A program made the translations under genes and the position numbers. The notes beneath the pieces are model-generated. The model was given only the letters and a program-made list of their open reading frames with translations, was not told the origin of the DNA and ran no database searches. From contig CAVYSY010000047.1 of the NCBI GenBank assembly GCA_963771175.1, positions 53,785-117,784 on the forward strand: 64,000 bases of DNA, written 5' to 3'. This DNA is from an uncultured delta proteobacterium. Its GTDB lineage: Bacteria > Myxococcota > Myxococcia > Myxococcales > Myxococcaceae. Of this stretch, positions 44,966 through 56,290 are shown piece after piece (the first letter of the stretch is position 1; every line of letters begins with the position of its first letter).

Positions 44966-46577
44966 GTGCCCACTTCCGGTAACGCATCCATCCTGGCCAT
45001 TGACCTCGGGACCTCGGCCGTCAAGCTGGCGGTCATCACCCTCCGGGGGCGGATTCTCGGTGGAGATGTCGAGCCGCTCGAGCTCGACCTGCTGCCCGAC
45101 GGCGGCGCCGAGCAGGACCCCGAGTCCTGGTGGGCCGCCATCGTCCGCGGCACCCGCCGCCTGCTGGACAAGGGAGTCATCCCCGCCGAGGACATCATCG
45201 GCATCAACGTCAGCTCCCAGTGGTCCGGCACCGTCGCCGTCGACGAGACGGGCAAGCCCCTGCGGCCCGCCCTCATCTGGATGGACTCGCGAGGCGAGCC
45301 CCACATCCGGCGCGTCGCCAATGGGTTCATGCCCATCGAGGGCTTTGGTGCCTCCCGCCTGCTCACCTGGGTGCGGCTGACCGGGGGCGCGCCCACCCTC
45401 TCGGGCAAGGACCCGCTCGGCCACATCCTCTACCTCCAGAGCGAGCACCCCGAGCTCTACCGCGCCACCTACAAGTTCCTGGAGCCCAAGGACTGGCTCA
45501 ACCTCCGGCTCAGCGGCCGGTTCGCGTCCTCCTTCGACACCATCACCCTGCACTGGGTGACCGACAACCGCGACCTCTCGCGCATCACCTACGACGAGCG
45601 CCTGCTCCGGATGACGGGACTGCCGCGCGAGAAGCTGCCCGACCTGGTGCCCGCCGCCACCGTGCTCGGGCCGCTCCAGCCCGAGGCCGCCCGCGCGCTG
45701 GGCTTGAGCGACAAGGTCCAGGTGGTCACCGGCGCCCCGGACATCCTCGCGGCCGCCGTGGGCTCGGGCGCGGTGCGCGACCACGAGGCCCACCTCTGCC
45801 TCGGCACGTCCTCCTGGCTCAGCTGCCACGTGCCGTACAAGAAGACGGACATCTTCCACAACATGGCCACCCTGCCCTCCGCGCTCCCGGGCCGCTACCT
45901 CCTCACCAACGAGCAGGAGTCCGCCGGCATCTGCCTGTCCTTCCTCAAGGACCACATCCTCTTCGGCCACGAGGAGCTCGCCCTGGCGGCACCGGGCCCG
46001 GAGCCAGGAATCGGTGGACCTCTACAAGGTCCTCGAGAGGGAGGCCGAGCGCATCCCGGCCGGGCAGCGACCGGCTCATCTTCACGCCCTGGCTCAACGG
46101 CGAGCGCTGCCCGGTGGACGACCAGCGGCTGCGCGGCGGGCTTCTTCAACCAGTCGCTCAAGACGACGCGCGGGCACATGGTGCGCGCCGTGCTGGAGGG
46201 CGTGGCCTACAACTCGCGCTGGCTCCTCGGCTACGTGGAGAGGTTCGTCGGCCGCAGGCTGGACTCCATCCGCATCATCGGCGGCGGCGCCCGCTCGAAG
46301 CTGTGGTGCCAGATCCTCGCGGACGTCCTCGACCGGCGGATCCGCCAGGTGGACGACCCCGTGCTCGCCAACGCGCGCGGCGCCGCGTTCCTGGCGGCGC
46401 TGGCGCTCGGGCACCTCTCGGTGGACGAGATTCCCTCGCTCGTCCCCATCGCGAACACCTTCGAGCCCAACCCCCAGAACCGCGGCGCTCTACGACGAGC
46501 TCTTCAGCGAGTTCGTGAACCTCTACAAGTCCAACAAGGCCATCTACGCGCGGCTCAACCGGGCCCGAAGCGCCTGA
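44966..46577 (+). CDS. FGGY-family carbohydrate kinase, xylulokinase-like (several frameshifts at about 46000-46490)
   Basis: LAIDLGTSAVK, EQDP..WW, IWMDSR, LGTSSW, PWLNGER, RAVLEGVA, GGGARS. Confidence 0.9.
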
Positions 46578-46591
46578 AGCGGAGCGACACC

Positions 46592-48119
46592 ATGGATCTG
46601 CCCGAACTCGGAACGAACCTCCTCAACCGCGTACCTCCCCGGCTGCTCTCGGTGGCCGAGCGCTACCTCAAGAGCGTCCCGCTGCTGCGCGACCGGCTGG
46701 CGAAGGAGACGGACTCGATGCTGGCCGGGCTGGAGGGCGAGCCTGAAGCCCTACCGCGGCCAGCTCCCCAGCTTCGACACGCTGCCCGCCCAGGGCCTCT
46801 CGCACGAGGAGGTGCTGCGCGAGATGGGCGTGATGGAGACGAAGGAGGAGGAGCGGTGGAAGGAGGGCTTCGTGTCGGGCGCCGTGTACCACGGCGACCC
46901 GGAGCACATCGACTTCCTCAACCGGGTGTACGCCATCAACTCGCAGAGCAACCCGCTGCACGCCGACCTCTGGCCCAGCGCCACCAAGTTCGAGGCGGAG
47001 ATCGTGGCCATGACGGCGAACATGCTCGGCGCCGCCGAGGCCAACGCCGGCAGGGCCCCCGAGGAGCACATCTGCGGCTCGGTCTCCTCGGGCGGCACCG
47101 AGAGCATCCTGCTCGCGATGAAGACGTACCGGGACCGGGCGCGCGAGACGAAGGGCATCACCCAGCCCGAGATGGTGGCGCCCACCACCGCGCACGCGGC
47201 CTTCGACAAGGCCGCGCAGTACTTCGGCATCAAGATGGTCAAGGTGCCGGTGGGGCAGGACTACCGCGCCGACGTGAAGGCCACGCGCAAGGCCCTCACC
47301 CGCAACACCATCGTCATCGTCGGCTCGTCGCCGTCGTTCCCGCACGGGGTCATCGACCCGATCGAGGAGCTGTCGGAGCTGGCGCGCAAGCGGGGCATCG
47401 GCTTCCACACCGACGCGTGCCTGGGCGGCTTCGTGCTGCCCTGGGCGAAGAAGCTCGGCTACCCGGTGCCGGCCTTCGACTTCCGGCTGCCCGGCGTGAC
47501 GTCGATGTCCGCGGACACGCACAAGTACGGCTACGCGGCCAAGGGCACCTCGGTGGTGCTGTACCGGGGCACCGAGCTGCGCACGCACCAGTACTTCACC
47601 GCCACCGACTGGCCCGGCGGCCTCTACTTCTCCCCCACCTTCGCCGGCAGCCGGCCCGGCGCGCTGATCGCCGCGGCCTGGGCGGCCCTCGTCTCCACGG
47701 GCGAGGCGGGCTACCTGGACGCCACCCGCCGCATCCTGGAGACCGCGGACGCCATCAAGCGCGGCCTCCGCGACATCCCCGAGCTGCACGTGCTCGGCGA
47801 CCCGCTCTTCGTCATCGCCTTCGGCTCGCGCACCCTGGACATCTACAAGGTGATGGAGCGGATGAGCGCACACGGCTGGAGCCTCAACGGCCTGCACAAG
47901 CCGCCCGCCGTCCACCTCTGCGTCACCCAGCGGCACACGCAGCCCGGGGTGGTCGAGCGCTTCCTCGCGGACCTGCGGGCTGCCGTGGAGCACGTGCGCG
48001 CCCACCCGGAAGAGAAGGGCACGATGGCGCCCGTCTACGGCATGGCCGCCACGGTGCCCTTCCGGGGGCTCTTGAGCGACCTGCTCAAGAAGTACATGGA
48101 CCTGCTCTACAAGGTCTGA
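46592..48119 (+). CDS. Sphingosine-1-phosphate-lyase-like PLP-dependent enzyme (frameshift near 46741)
   Basis: [47 protein letters not shown] (PLP Lys), [15 protein letters not shown]. Confidence 0.85.
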
Positions 48120-48143
48120 GGCGAGCCCCGTCCCGGCCCGCAT

Positions 48144-48159
48144 GTCACGAAAACGTCAC
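48144..48159 (+). promoter_or_regulatory. Pho-box-like direct repeat upstream of the receiver gene
   Basis: GTCAC at 48144 and 48155 (11-bp spacing); TACAGT -10-like element at 48182. Confidence 0.5.
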
Positions 48160-48193
48160 GGGCCGGTGGCGGTGAGCCGTCTACAGTCCGCGC

Positions 48194-48547
48194 ATGCCGC
48201 ACATCCTGATCGTCGATGACGAGCCGGATCTGGCGGGGCTGCTGGCGTACAACCTGGGGAGGGCCGGCTTCTCCACCACCCTGGCTCACACGGGGGCGGA
48301 GGCCTTGGAGCGGGCGCGCACGACGCCTCCAGACCTCGTCCTGCTGGACCTGATGCTGCCCGACATGGACGGGGCCCAGGTGCACCGCCAGCTCCGGGAG
48401 GACCCGGCCACGAGCCACCTGCGCTTCCTCGTCCTGTCCGCCCGCCCGGATGCGCACTCCCGGGTCAGCGGTGTCGAGGTCATCCTCAAACCCTTCAAGG
48501 TGCATGAGGTGATGGCGCGAGTCACCGCGCTGCTCCAGGCCCCATGA
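48194..48547 (+). CDS. Single-domain response regulator (PhoB-like receiver)
   Basis: ILIVDDE..LAYNL, PDLVLLDLMLP, KPF; no output domain. Confidence 0.85.
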   Translation: MPHILIVDDEPDLAGLLAYNLGRAGFSTTLAHTGAEALERARTTPPDLVLLDLMLPDMDGAQVHRQLREDPATSHLRFLVLSARPDAHSRVSGVEVILKPFKVHEVMARVTALLQAP

Positions 48548-48600
48548 ACTCCACCCAGCACATCTTTTTTTCGTGCTGGCACTTCTTTCCAGGTGAGGTA

Positions 48601-48637
48601 GTCACCTTTTGTAACGGACGGGTCACTGTTGTGTCAC
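48601..48637 (+). promoter_or_regulatory. Pho-box-like array upstream of DUF47-pit
   Basis: GTCAC 48601, GTAAC 48611, GTCAC 48622, GTCAC 48633 (10/11/11 spacing). Confidence 0.65.
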
Positions 48638-48686
48638 GTCCGCCCGCCGCTCCGGACCACTGGAGCAGGCCCCGAGGAGAAGCACG

Positions 48687-49314
48687 ATGCTCGAGAAGTT
48701 GATGCCCAAGTCGGACGAGTTCTTCGACGACTTCGATAAGCAGTGTGCCGTGACGGTGGAGGGGGCGCGCATGCTGCACGCCCTGCTGAGCGACTACCGG
48801 GACGTGGCCGCCCGCGCGCAGGCGCTCAAGGACGTGGAGCACAAGGGCGACGAGGTGACGCACACGGCGTTCAACCGGCTGCACAAGCAGTTCATCACCC
48901 CGTTCGACCGCGGGCAGATCCACACGCTGCTGTCGCGCATCGACGACGTGCTGGACCTGACCAACGCGGCGGCGGCCCGGCTGCACTACTACGAGATTCC
49001 CGTCGAGCCTGCCGGACGCCACCGAGCTGGCGCGGCTGCTGGTGCTCAGCACCGAGAAGGTGCAGGAGGTGGTGGCGGCGCTGCGGCTCATCAAGAAGCC
49101 CGAGCAGATCCTCGCCGGCTGCAAGGACATCAAGCGCCTGGAGAGCGAGGCGGACGATGCGCTGCGCTCGGGACTGGGCCGGCTCTTCAAGAGCGGCGCG
49201 GACCCGCTGATGATCATCAAGTGGAAGGAGATCTACGACCTCATCGAGACGGCCACGGACAAGTGTCAGGGCGTGGCCAACATCATCGAGGGCGTGGTCC
49301 TGGAGCACTCCTGA
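48687..49314 (+). CDS. DUF47 phosphate transport regulator (PhoU-like; frameshift near 49005)
   Basis: EHKGDEVTH..FITPFDR..IDDVLD; LESEADD; WKEIYDLIETATDKC. Confidence 0.9.
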
Positions 49315-49315
49315 G

Positions 49316-50342
49316 ATGCTGCTCGCCGCCGTCATCCTCATCGTCGTCGTCGCGCTCGTCTTCGACTTCATCAACGGCTTCCACGACGCGGCCAACTCGA
49401 TCGCCACCGTGGTGTCGCACGCGCGTGCTGTCGCCGAACCTGGCCGTGGCCTGGGCCGCCTTCTTCAACTTCGTCGCCGCGTTCGGCGGTGGGGTGAAGG
49501 TGGCCAACACCATGGGCAAGGGCATCATCGACTTCGAGATGCTGCGCGCCCAGGGCCCGCAGGCCGTGCTGCTGGTCATCTTCTCCGCGCTCATGGGCGC
49601 CATCGCGTGGAACCTGCTCACGTGGTGGTGGGGCCTGCCCTCCTCGTCCTCGCACGCACTGGCCGGCGGCATGATTGGCGCCACGCTGCCGGTGCTCGGG
49701 TTCGCCGGGCTGGTGGGCTCGGGCATCGCGAAGATCGCCGCCTTCATCGTGCTCTCGCCCCTCATCGGCATGGTGCTCGGCACGCTGCTGATGCTGGCGA
49801 GCACGTGGACGGTGCACAAGCAGACGCCCCTGAAGGTGGACACCTGGTTCCGGCGCCTGCAGCTCGTGTCCTCGGCCATCTTCTCCTACAGCCACGGCAC
49901 CAATGACGCCCAGAAGGTGATGGGCATCATCGCGGTGGTGCTCTTCGGCACCATCTGGAAGGACCGGCCCTTCCACATCGACTGGTGGATGATCATCTCG
50001 TGCCACGCGGCCATCGCCATGGGCACCTTCTTCGGTGGCTGGCGCATCGTGAAGACGATGGGGCACAGCCTGACGAAGCTGGCGCCCATCGGCGGCTTCG
50101 CGGCGGAGACGGGTGGCGGCGTCACCATCATCGCGCTGGCGAAGCTGGGCATCCCCGTCTCCACCACGCACACCATCACCGGCGCCATCGTGGGCGTGGG
50201 CGCCACCAAGGGCTGGCGCGCGGTGAAGTGGGGCATGGCCGGCCGCATCGTCTGGGCCTGGGTGTTCACCATCCCCGCCGCCGCGCTCATGGCCGTGCTG
50301 GTCTACGGCCTGTCCCGGCTGGTGATGATGGCGGTGCAGTGA
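49316..50342 (+). CDS. PiT-family inorganic phosphate transporter (frameshift near 49418)
   Basis: NGFHDAANSIAT, GLPSSSSHAL, HGTNDAQK, GIPVSTTH. Confidence 0.93.
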
Positions 50343-50440
50343 ACGGCCCGCGCGAGGGCGTGCGCTTCCTCCCCTCGCGTGGTGTAGAAACGAGCGCCCC
50401 ACTCCCGCGACGGGAGTGGGTTCGGGAGAGGACACCGACG

Positions 50441-51034
50441 ATGAACCGACTCGTGCTCGTGCTGGGACTCGCGCTGCTCTCGGGCTGCGCCACCGTGAAG
50501 AGCAGCCACATCCGCCCCGACTACGAGACGGTGGATAAGACCCAGGTGAAGCGCCTGCTCGTGGTCACCCAGCCCCTTCCCGACGGCAAGCCCGAGGTCG
50601 GCGAGCTGTGGAGCCTCATCGCCCGCCGCTACGTCAACCAGAACCGCGACTTCATCGCCCGCTCCAACGTCGCCCTCGACGGCAGCCCCGAGGACACCAC
50701 CTTCAAGGGCCTGTGCGTCGACAACCTCGAGGGCGTCCTCTGGCTCTCCCCCGACGTGAAGCGCACCGGCAAGGGCCTGGAGGCCGCCGTGAAGGCCCAG
50801 CTCGTCCGCTGCCGCGACGGCCAGGAGGTCTGGGGCGCCGAAGCCGCCGGGAGCTGGCCCTCCGAGGACGAGCGCTACAAGGAGCTCATCGCCCAGTACA
50901 CCAGCGAGCTCGGCCCCGAGGTCTCCCCCTACGTCGCTCCCACCTTCCGTCTCCTGAGCGCCACCCTCGACACCCTCCCCCGCCCACAGCTCAACGACGC
51001 CGACGTCGAGGAGAAGATCGAGCTCGGGGAGTAG
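50441..51034 (+). CDS. Lipoprotein, MXAN_6521/LA_1396-like family
   Basis: Lipobox LSGC; IARRYVNQNRDFI; family recognised from memory. Confidence 0.7.
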   Translation: MNRLVLVLGLALLSGCATVKSSHIRPDYETVDKTQVKRLLVVTQPLPDGKPEVGELWSLIARRYVNQNRDFIARSNVALDGSPEDTTFKGLCVDNLEGVLWLSPDVKRTGKGLEAAVKAQLVRCRDGQEVWGAEAAGSWPSEDERYKELIAQYTSELGPEVSPYVAPTFRLLSATLDTLPRPQLNDADVEEKIELGE

Positions 51035-51040
51035 CCGGCC

Positions 51041-51572
51041 TTGTTGATAGACGAGACCACCGCCGTCCTCCGGCTCCTCCTGGCCTTCGGGCTCGCGTTC
51101 GCGCTCGGCCTCGAGCGCGAGCTGCGCGGGCAGGATGCCGGCCTGCGCACCCACATCCTCGTCAGCCTCGGCTCCTGCCTCTTCACCCTGTGCAGCCTCT
51201 TCGTCTCCGCAGCCGCTGGGGCCTGACACGCACCCGGACGTCCGCGCCGACGTCACCCGCATCGCCAGCCAGGTGGTGGTCGGCATCGGCTTCCTCGGTG
51301 GCGGCGCCATCCTCCGCTACGGCACCTCCATCCGGGGCCTCACCACCGCCGCCAACCTCTGGCTCACCGCCTCGGTGGGCCTCGCCGTCGGGCTCGGCTT
51401 CAACGTGCCCGCCATCGCCGCCACGGGGCTCACCCTCTTCACCCTCGTGGGCCTGCGCTTCTTCGAGCGCGCCATCCGTCGCTTCCGGAAGAAGTACGGC
51501 CTCGTCTCCGAGGAGAACCTCGCCTCCCGGGCGCACGAGGACGGCGCGGAGACGAAAATCATCCAGGAGTAG
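51041..51572 (+). CDS. MgtC/SapB-family membrane protein (frameshift near 51220)
   Basis: GLERE..AGLRTH, RIASQVVVGIGFLGGGAI, GLTTAA. Confidence 0.9.
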
Positions 51573-51584
51573 GCGCGGCCCCCG

Positions 51585-51610
51585 CCCTCTCCCCGATGAG
51601 GGGGAGAGGG
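51585..51610. repeat. REP-like palindrome / bidirectional terminator between convergent genes
   Basis: Perfect 10-bp inverted repeat CCCTCTCCCC-n6-GGGGAGAGGG. Confidence 0.7.
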
Positions 51611-51620
51611 GAACTCGGGC

Positions 51621-53385
51621 TCACTCCCCCGTGGCGAAGCGCCTGTCCATCTCCGTGCGGATGAAGCGCTCGATCTCCTCCGCCGTCGTCAGCTCCATCG
51701 CCGTCTCGAGCAGCTGCTGCGCCTCCGTCCGGCTCGTCTGCCGGATGAGGCTCTTCACCGTCGGAATCTGCCCCGCCGTCATCGACAGCTCGTCGAAGCC
51801 GAGCGCCAGCAGCACCAGGGCGTACATCGGGTCTCCCGCCATCTCGCCGCACATCGCCACGGGAATCCCCGCGTCCTTCGCCGCCGTCACGATGTTCTTC
51901 AGCGAGCGCAGCACCGCCAGGTGCAGCGGCCTGTACAGGTACGCCACGTCCCGGTTCTGCCGGTCGATGGCCAGCGAGTACTGGATGAGGTCGTTCGTCC
52001 CGACCGAGAAGAAGTCCGCCTCCTGCGCCAGCCGGTCGGCGATGAGCGCCGCGCTCGGCGTCTCCACCATGATGCCCACCGGGAAGCGCTTGCCGAGCGG
52101 CACGCCCGCGCGCCCCAGCTCCGAGCGGCAGGCCTCCAGCTCGCTGCGCGCCTCGCGCAGCTCGCTCATGCCGCAGATGAGCGGGAACATCAGCCGCATG
52201 TTCCCGTGCACGCTCGCCCGCAGCAGCGCCCGGAGCTGCACCCGGAAGAGCTCCCGGTGGGCCAGGCAGTAGCGGATGGCCCGCAGCCCCATGGCCGGGT
52301 TGGGCTCCTTCTCGTGCTTGCCCTTGCCCGGCACCTTGTCGCCGCCCAGGTCCAGCGTGCGGATGGTGACGGGCCGGCTGCCCATCATCTCCAGCACCTG
52401 CCGGTACGCCCGGTAGTGCTCCTCCTCGGTGGGCGGGCTCTTGCGGTCCAGGAACATGAACTCGGTGCGGTACAGGCCGATGCCCTCCGCGCCGTGCGCC
52501 AGCAGCGAGTGGATCTCCTCCGGGAACTCGATGTTCCCGACCAGCCGCATGCGGTAACCGTCCGTGCTCTGCGCCGGCAGGTCCTTGGCTTCCAACGCCC
52601 GTGCCTCGCTCTCCTGGAGCCGGCGCATCGTCTCGTGGAAGAGCGCGAGCTGATCCTCGGTGGGGTTGACCAGGACGACGCCCCGCGTGCCGTCCATCGC
52701 GACCAGGTCCCCCGGGGAAATCTGCTCACTGGCGCGCCCGGCCCCCACCACCGCCGGCGTGGAGCGGGCGCGCGCGACGATGGCCGTGTGGCTCGTCTGC
52801 CCGCCCAGGTCCGTGACGAAGCCCGCCACCCGCCCGGTGCGCGCCATCAGCGCCGCGTCCGCCGGCGACAGGTCGTGCGACACCACCACCGCGTGGTCCG
52901 GCAGCGTCACCTCCTCGTCCACCACCTGCCCCAGCAGGTTGCGCACCACGCGGTCCGCCACGTACTCCACGTCCGAGCGCCGCTCGCGGAAGTACTCGTC
53001 CGGGATGTTGTCGAAGAGGTGCTTGAGCTTGCGCGCCACCCGCCGCACCGCCCACTCGGCGTTGATGCGGTCCTCGACGATGAGCCGGTTCACCTCGTCC
53101 ACGAACATCGGGTCGTGGAGCATCAACCGGTGCGCCTCGAGGATGAGGGCGTGCTCGGGGCCCTCCGTCTTGCGAAATCTGCTCCTTGAGCTCGGAGAGC
53201 TGGCGGTCGGACAGGTCCAACGCCGTCTTCATCCGCATGCGCTCGGGGTCGACCTCCGCCTCCGCCAGGCGCAGCTTGGGCGTGCGCACGCGCTTGCGAT
53301 CCAGGATGAAGGCGTGGCCCACCGCTACGCCCGGGGAGGCGCCGATGCCCTTGAGATTCAACGTGGGGGTGGCCTGGCTGCTCAC
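51621..53385 (-). CDS. ptsI: PTS enzyme I, PEP-protein phosphotransferase (frameshift near 53175)
   Basis: GIGASPGVAVG, GGQTSHTAI (phospho-His), GIGLYRTEF, RTLDLGGDK, ETPSA, GTNDLIQY, CGEMAG. Confidence 0.95.
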
Positions 53386-53428
53386 GGTTCCTTCTTCGTC
53401 TGCGGCGAGTCGCCGCGTGGGGACGACT

Positions 53429-53707
53429 TCACTTCGATTCACCAAACCTGTTGGCGATGAGCTTCTGGATGTCCTGGAGACACGGCTCGGCGTCCTCCCC
53501 CTTGCACGTCACCGTGACGTGCATGCCCTGGGCCGCCGCCAGCATCAGCACGCCCATGATGGACTTGGCATTGACCTTCTGGCCCTCGCACAGGAGCGTC
53601 ACCTCGCTCTTGTAGCGGTTGGCCACCTTGACCAGCTGCGCCGCCGCCCGGGCATGCAGCCCCAGGGCGTTGATGATTTCGAATGTCCCTTCGGCCACGC
53701 TCGACAT
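53429..53707 (-). CDS. ptsH: Phosphocarrier protein HPr
   Basis: GLHARAA (His15) and NAKSIMGV (Ser46). Confidence 0.95.
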   Translation of the reverse strand: MSSVAEGTFEIINALGLHARAAAQLVKVANRYKSEVTLLCEGQKVNAKSIMGVLMLAAAQGMHVTVTCKGEDAEPCLQDIQKLIANRFGESK

Positions 53708-53730
53708 TGCCAGTCCCTATTCTCCCTCTT

Positions 53731-54501
53731 CTACAGGAAGGCCCCCGCCGCACAGGCCAGTCCCGCGGCGAGGTAGAGCACCACGTAGTTAGGAATCCGA
53801 CGGGCGACCAGGAGGTAGGACGCTACCCCCAGCGCCAGGCAGCCCGCGGAAAGAAGGGGCGCGAAACGGCCGCCCGCGTTGGAGCCAAAAGTGACGGCCA
53901 GCCAGGCGGCCAGCCCTCCCGCGCACGCCGCCGCCACCGCCCGCAGCTTCGCGCCCCGAGTGGGGAGGTTGGCCCGCGCCACCGCCTCCACCAGCCTGTC
54001 CCCCAGCGACAGCCCCAGCAGGTACAGCCGGGCCCGCAGCGTCAGGTGGACGAGGTTGTAGAGGAAGAGGAAGAGCACCGCCGCCCACGCGGCCAGCACG
54101 GGCACCAGCGCCGCGCACACCGCGCCGGTCGCCGGGCTTGAGCGACAGCCAGAAGAAGCCGTCGCCCAGCGCCGCCAGCGGGCCCATGAGGGCCGCCTTG
54201 AAGGCCACCACCCTGTCCGGTGGCTCCTCGCCCCGGGCGATCCGCTGCTCGTGGTAGAGCACGCCGCCGACGATGGCCGCCGCCACGTAGGGGTGGGTGT
54301 TGAAGAAGACGAGGTGCCGGCGCACCGCCGTCTCCAGGGACTGCTGCTCCGGGTAGAGCCGCTCCAGCGCCGGGTAGAGGGCGTAGGCCAGCCCCAGGTT
54401 CTGCATGCCCTGGGGGTTCCACGACGCCTGGAGGAAGAGCGAGCGCAGGAAGACGCGCAGCAGCACGCCTCGGGTGCAGGGGTGGGCTGGCGCACGCTCA
54501 T
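53731..54501 (-). CDS. PTS mannose-class IID component (frameshifts near 54465 and 54130)
   Basis: QASWNPQGMQNLG, FFNTHPY, MGPLAALGDGFFW. Confidence 0.88.
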   Translation of the reverse strand: MSVRQPTPAPEACCCASSCARSSSRRRGTPRACRTWGWPTPSTRRWSGSTRSSSPWRRRCAGTSSSSTPTPTWRRPSSAACSTTSSGSPGARSHRTGWWPSRRPSWARWRRWATASSGCRSSPATGAVCAALVPVLAAWAAVLFLFLYNLVHLTLRARLYLLGLSLGDRLVEAVARANLPTRGAKLRAVAAACAGGLAAWLAVTFGSNAGGRFAPLLSAGCLALGVASYLLVARRIPNYVVLYLAAGLACAAGAFL

Positions 54502-55215
54502 GCCCGCTCCCTCAGGGTGAAGAGGATGACGGCCACGGTGACGGCCGCGGCCCCCAGCCCCGCGTACACGGGCGCGCGCCGGGCATGGCTGCCCCGCACG
54601 GCGATGGCCGCCGCCACCGAGGCCATGGCCGGGTAGGCCCACGCCAGGCCGCGCAGCAGGGGCAGCGGCATCCGCTCCAGCAGCGGCGCCGAGGAAGAAG
54701 CCCGCCAGCGCGCACGCGGCCGTCACCGACCCGAAGAGGACGAAGTGCGGCCACATGCCCCACAGGTTCTGCCGCATGGCCCGGGTGAGGTCGCCGGCCT
54801 CGGCCGAGGCCAGCGCCTGCGGCGCCAGCCGCGCCGAGTAGCGCTCCAGCAGCCGGTCCACTACCTGGCCCAGCCGCCCCAGGCCCACGAAGAGGAGCAC
54901 CGCGAGGCTCCAGAGGGCCGGCGTGGAGCCCGCGCCCGTGGCCGCCGCCATGGTGGCCGCCGCCGCCGAGGTGCCCGTGGCCGACAGCGTGTCGTTGTCC
55001 GGCAGCGAGGCGCCCAGGTTGGCCGTGCCCAGGTGGAAGAGCTCCAGCAGCATGCCGACGAAGAGCCCCGAGGGCACATCGTTGAGCAGCAGCCCCATGC
55101 CCGTGGCCGCCACCAGCGGTCGGGAGAACATGGCCTGGAGGAAGGCCTTGCGCTCCACCGCGACGAGGCCGCCCCAGACGCCAGCGAGCGCCACCTGGGT
55201 CCAGCCCACGCTCAC
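54498..55215 (-). CDS. PTS mannose-class IIC component (frameshift near 54690)
   Basis: SRPLVAA..G..LELFHLG..GASLP; hydrophobic; lies between IIB and IID. Confidence 0.82.
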
Positions 55216-55219
55216 GCGC

Positions 55220-55705
55220 TCACCCCGCCCTTCCCCAGCGCTCTTGCAGCTCCGCCAGCTCCACCGGCTTCTCCACCGGCACCGCCCGCGCCTCCACCCG
55301 CACGCCCTCCTCCGCCAGCCGCTGCAGCGACTGCAGCTCCGACTCGGCCAGGAACACGGAGGGCGACACCTGCCGGCGTCCGGTGCCGAAGTGCACGTTG
55401 CCCAGGTTGAGATGGTCCACGGAGAGCCCGTGCGCCTTGGCGAAGGGCACCGCCGCCACGTCTCGCAGCAGCACCAGCGTCTTCACCGGGTCCTTGGAGA
55501 CCCCCGCGAAGTCCACCTGGGCCAGGGGGAAAATCTGCACCTCGATGGCGCTCTGCACCGCCAGCGCCATGGCCGCGCGCACCAGCGGGCTGGCGGCGGC
55601 CTCGTCGTCAGCGACGACGACGCGGGAGACCTTCAAATGGGGGAGCCAGGCCTCGACGACCTGACCATGGATGAGGCGGTTGTCGACGCGGACCAGGGAG
55701 ATCAC
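55220..55705 (-). CDS. PTS mannose-class IIB component
   Basis: RVDNRLIHGQV, LNLGN. Confidence 0.92.
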   Translation of the reverse strand: MISLVRVDNRLIHGQVVEAWLPHLKVSRVVVADDEAAASPLVRAAMALAVQSAIEVQIFPLAQVDFAGVSKDPVKTLVLLRDVAAVPFAKAHGLSVDHLNLGNVHFGTGRRQVSPSVFLAESELQSLQRLAEEGVRVEARAVPVEKPVELAELQERWGRAG

Positions 55706-55738
55706 GGCAGTCTCGAATCGCCCACACTCGGGGGGCCG

Positions 55739-56188
55739 TCAAGTTCGCGGTACGGCCTGCTGACGCTGCTGCGCCTCGCGCAACAGGGCTGAAGCACAGG
55801 TGATGTTGCGCTGACCGTAGGAAGCAAGCTGCGCGGCCATCTCCGGCAGCGGCAGCTCCTCGGAGCGCAGGGAGTTGGCCTTCAGGAGCATGGGGAGGTT
55901 GACGCCGGCGAGCACCTCGAGCTTGCCCGTCTGGCAGCCGCCCTCGGAACACAGCATCAGCGACTCCTTGCAGGGAGTACCGCCGAAGAGGTCGGCCAGG
56001 ACGATGACGCCCTCGCCCTGGTCCACGCCCTTCACGGCCTGCCGCATCTTCGCCCGGAGATCCTCCACCGAGGATCCAGGCTCGATGTTGCAGGTCGCCA
56101 CTGCGGGCAGCTTGCCCACGATCTGCTCAGCGGTCGCCACCAGCTCGTCCGCCAGACGTCCGTGCGATGCCACTACGAGGCCGACCAT
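55739..56188 (-). CDS. PTS mannose-class IIA component
   Basis: VVASHG, LADLFGGTP, GVNLPMLL. Confidence 0.92.
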   Translation of the reverse strand: MVGLVVASHGRLADELVATAEQIVGKLPAVATCNIEPGSSVEDLRAKMRQAVKGVDQGEGVIVLADLFGGTPCKESLMLCSEGGCQTGKLEVLAGVNLPMLLKANSLRSEELPLPEMAAQLASYGQRNITCASALLREAQQRQQAVPRT

Positions 56189-56218
56189 GATCACCTCCAC
56201 CAGCCCCCCAGGGCTGCC

Positions 56219-56247
56219 TGACTACGCCTGAATGGTGCGATGCGCAA
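56219..56247 (-). promoter_or_regulatory. Putative sigma70-type promoter of the PTS operon
   Basis: Minus strand TTGCGC-N17-TAGTCA, 30 nt upstream of the IIA start. Confidence 0.45.
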
Positions 56248-56290
56248 CCCCCGCCGAAAGTTTCCGCTCCCATTCTACCGCCCGTCCCCT

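Noticed and set aside
44015..48175. 1386-aa ORF suggesting a kinase-lyase fusion
   Set aside because: It is stitched from antisense ureD, the kinase frame and off-frame sequence through indels; the kinase has its own stop at 46577 and the lyase its own RBS and ATG at 46592
50351..50420. Two hairpins between pit and the lipoprotein gene as a riboswitch
   Set aside because: Simple GC stems with no recognisable aptamer; adequately explained as terminator or stability hairpins
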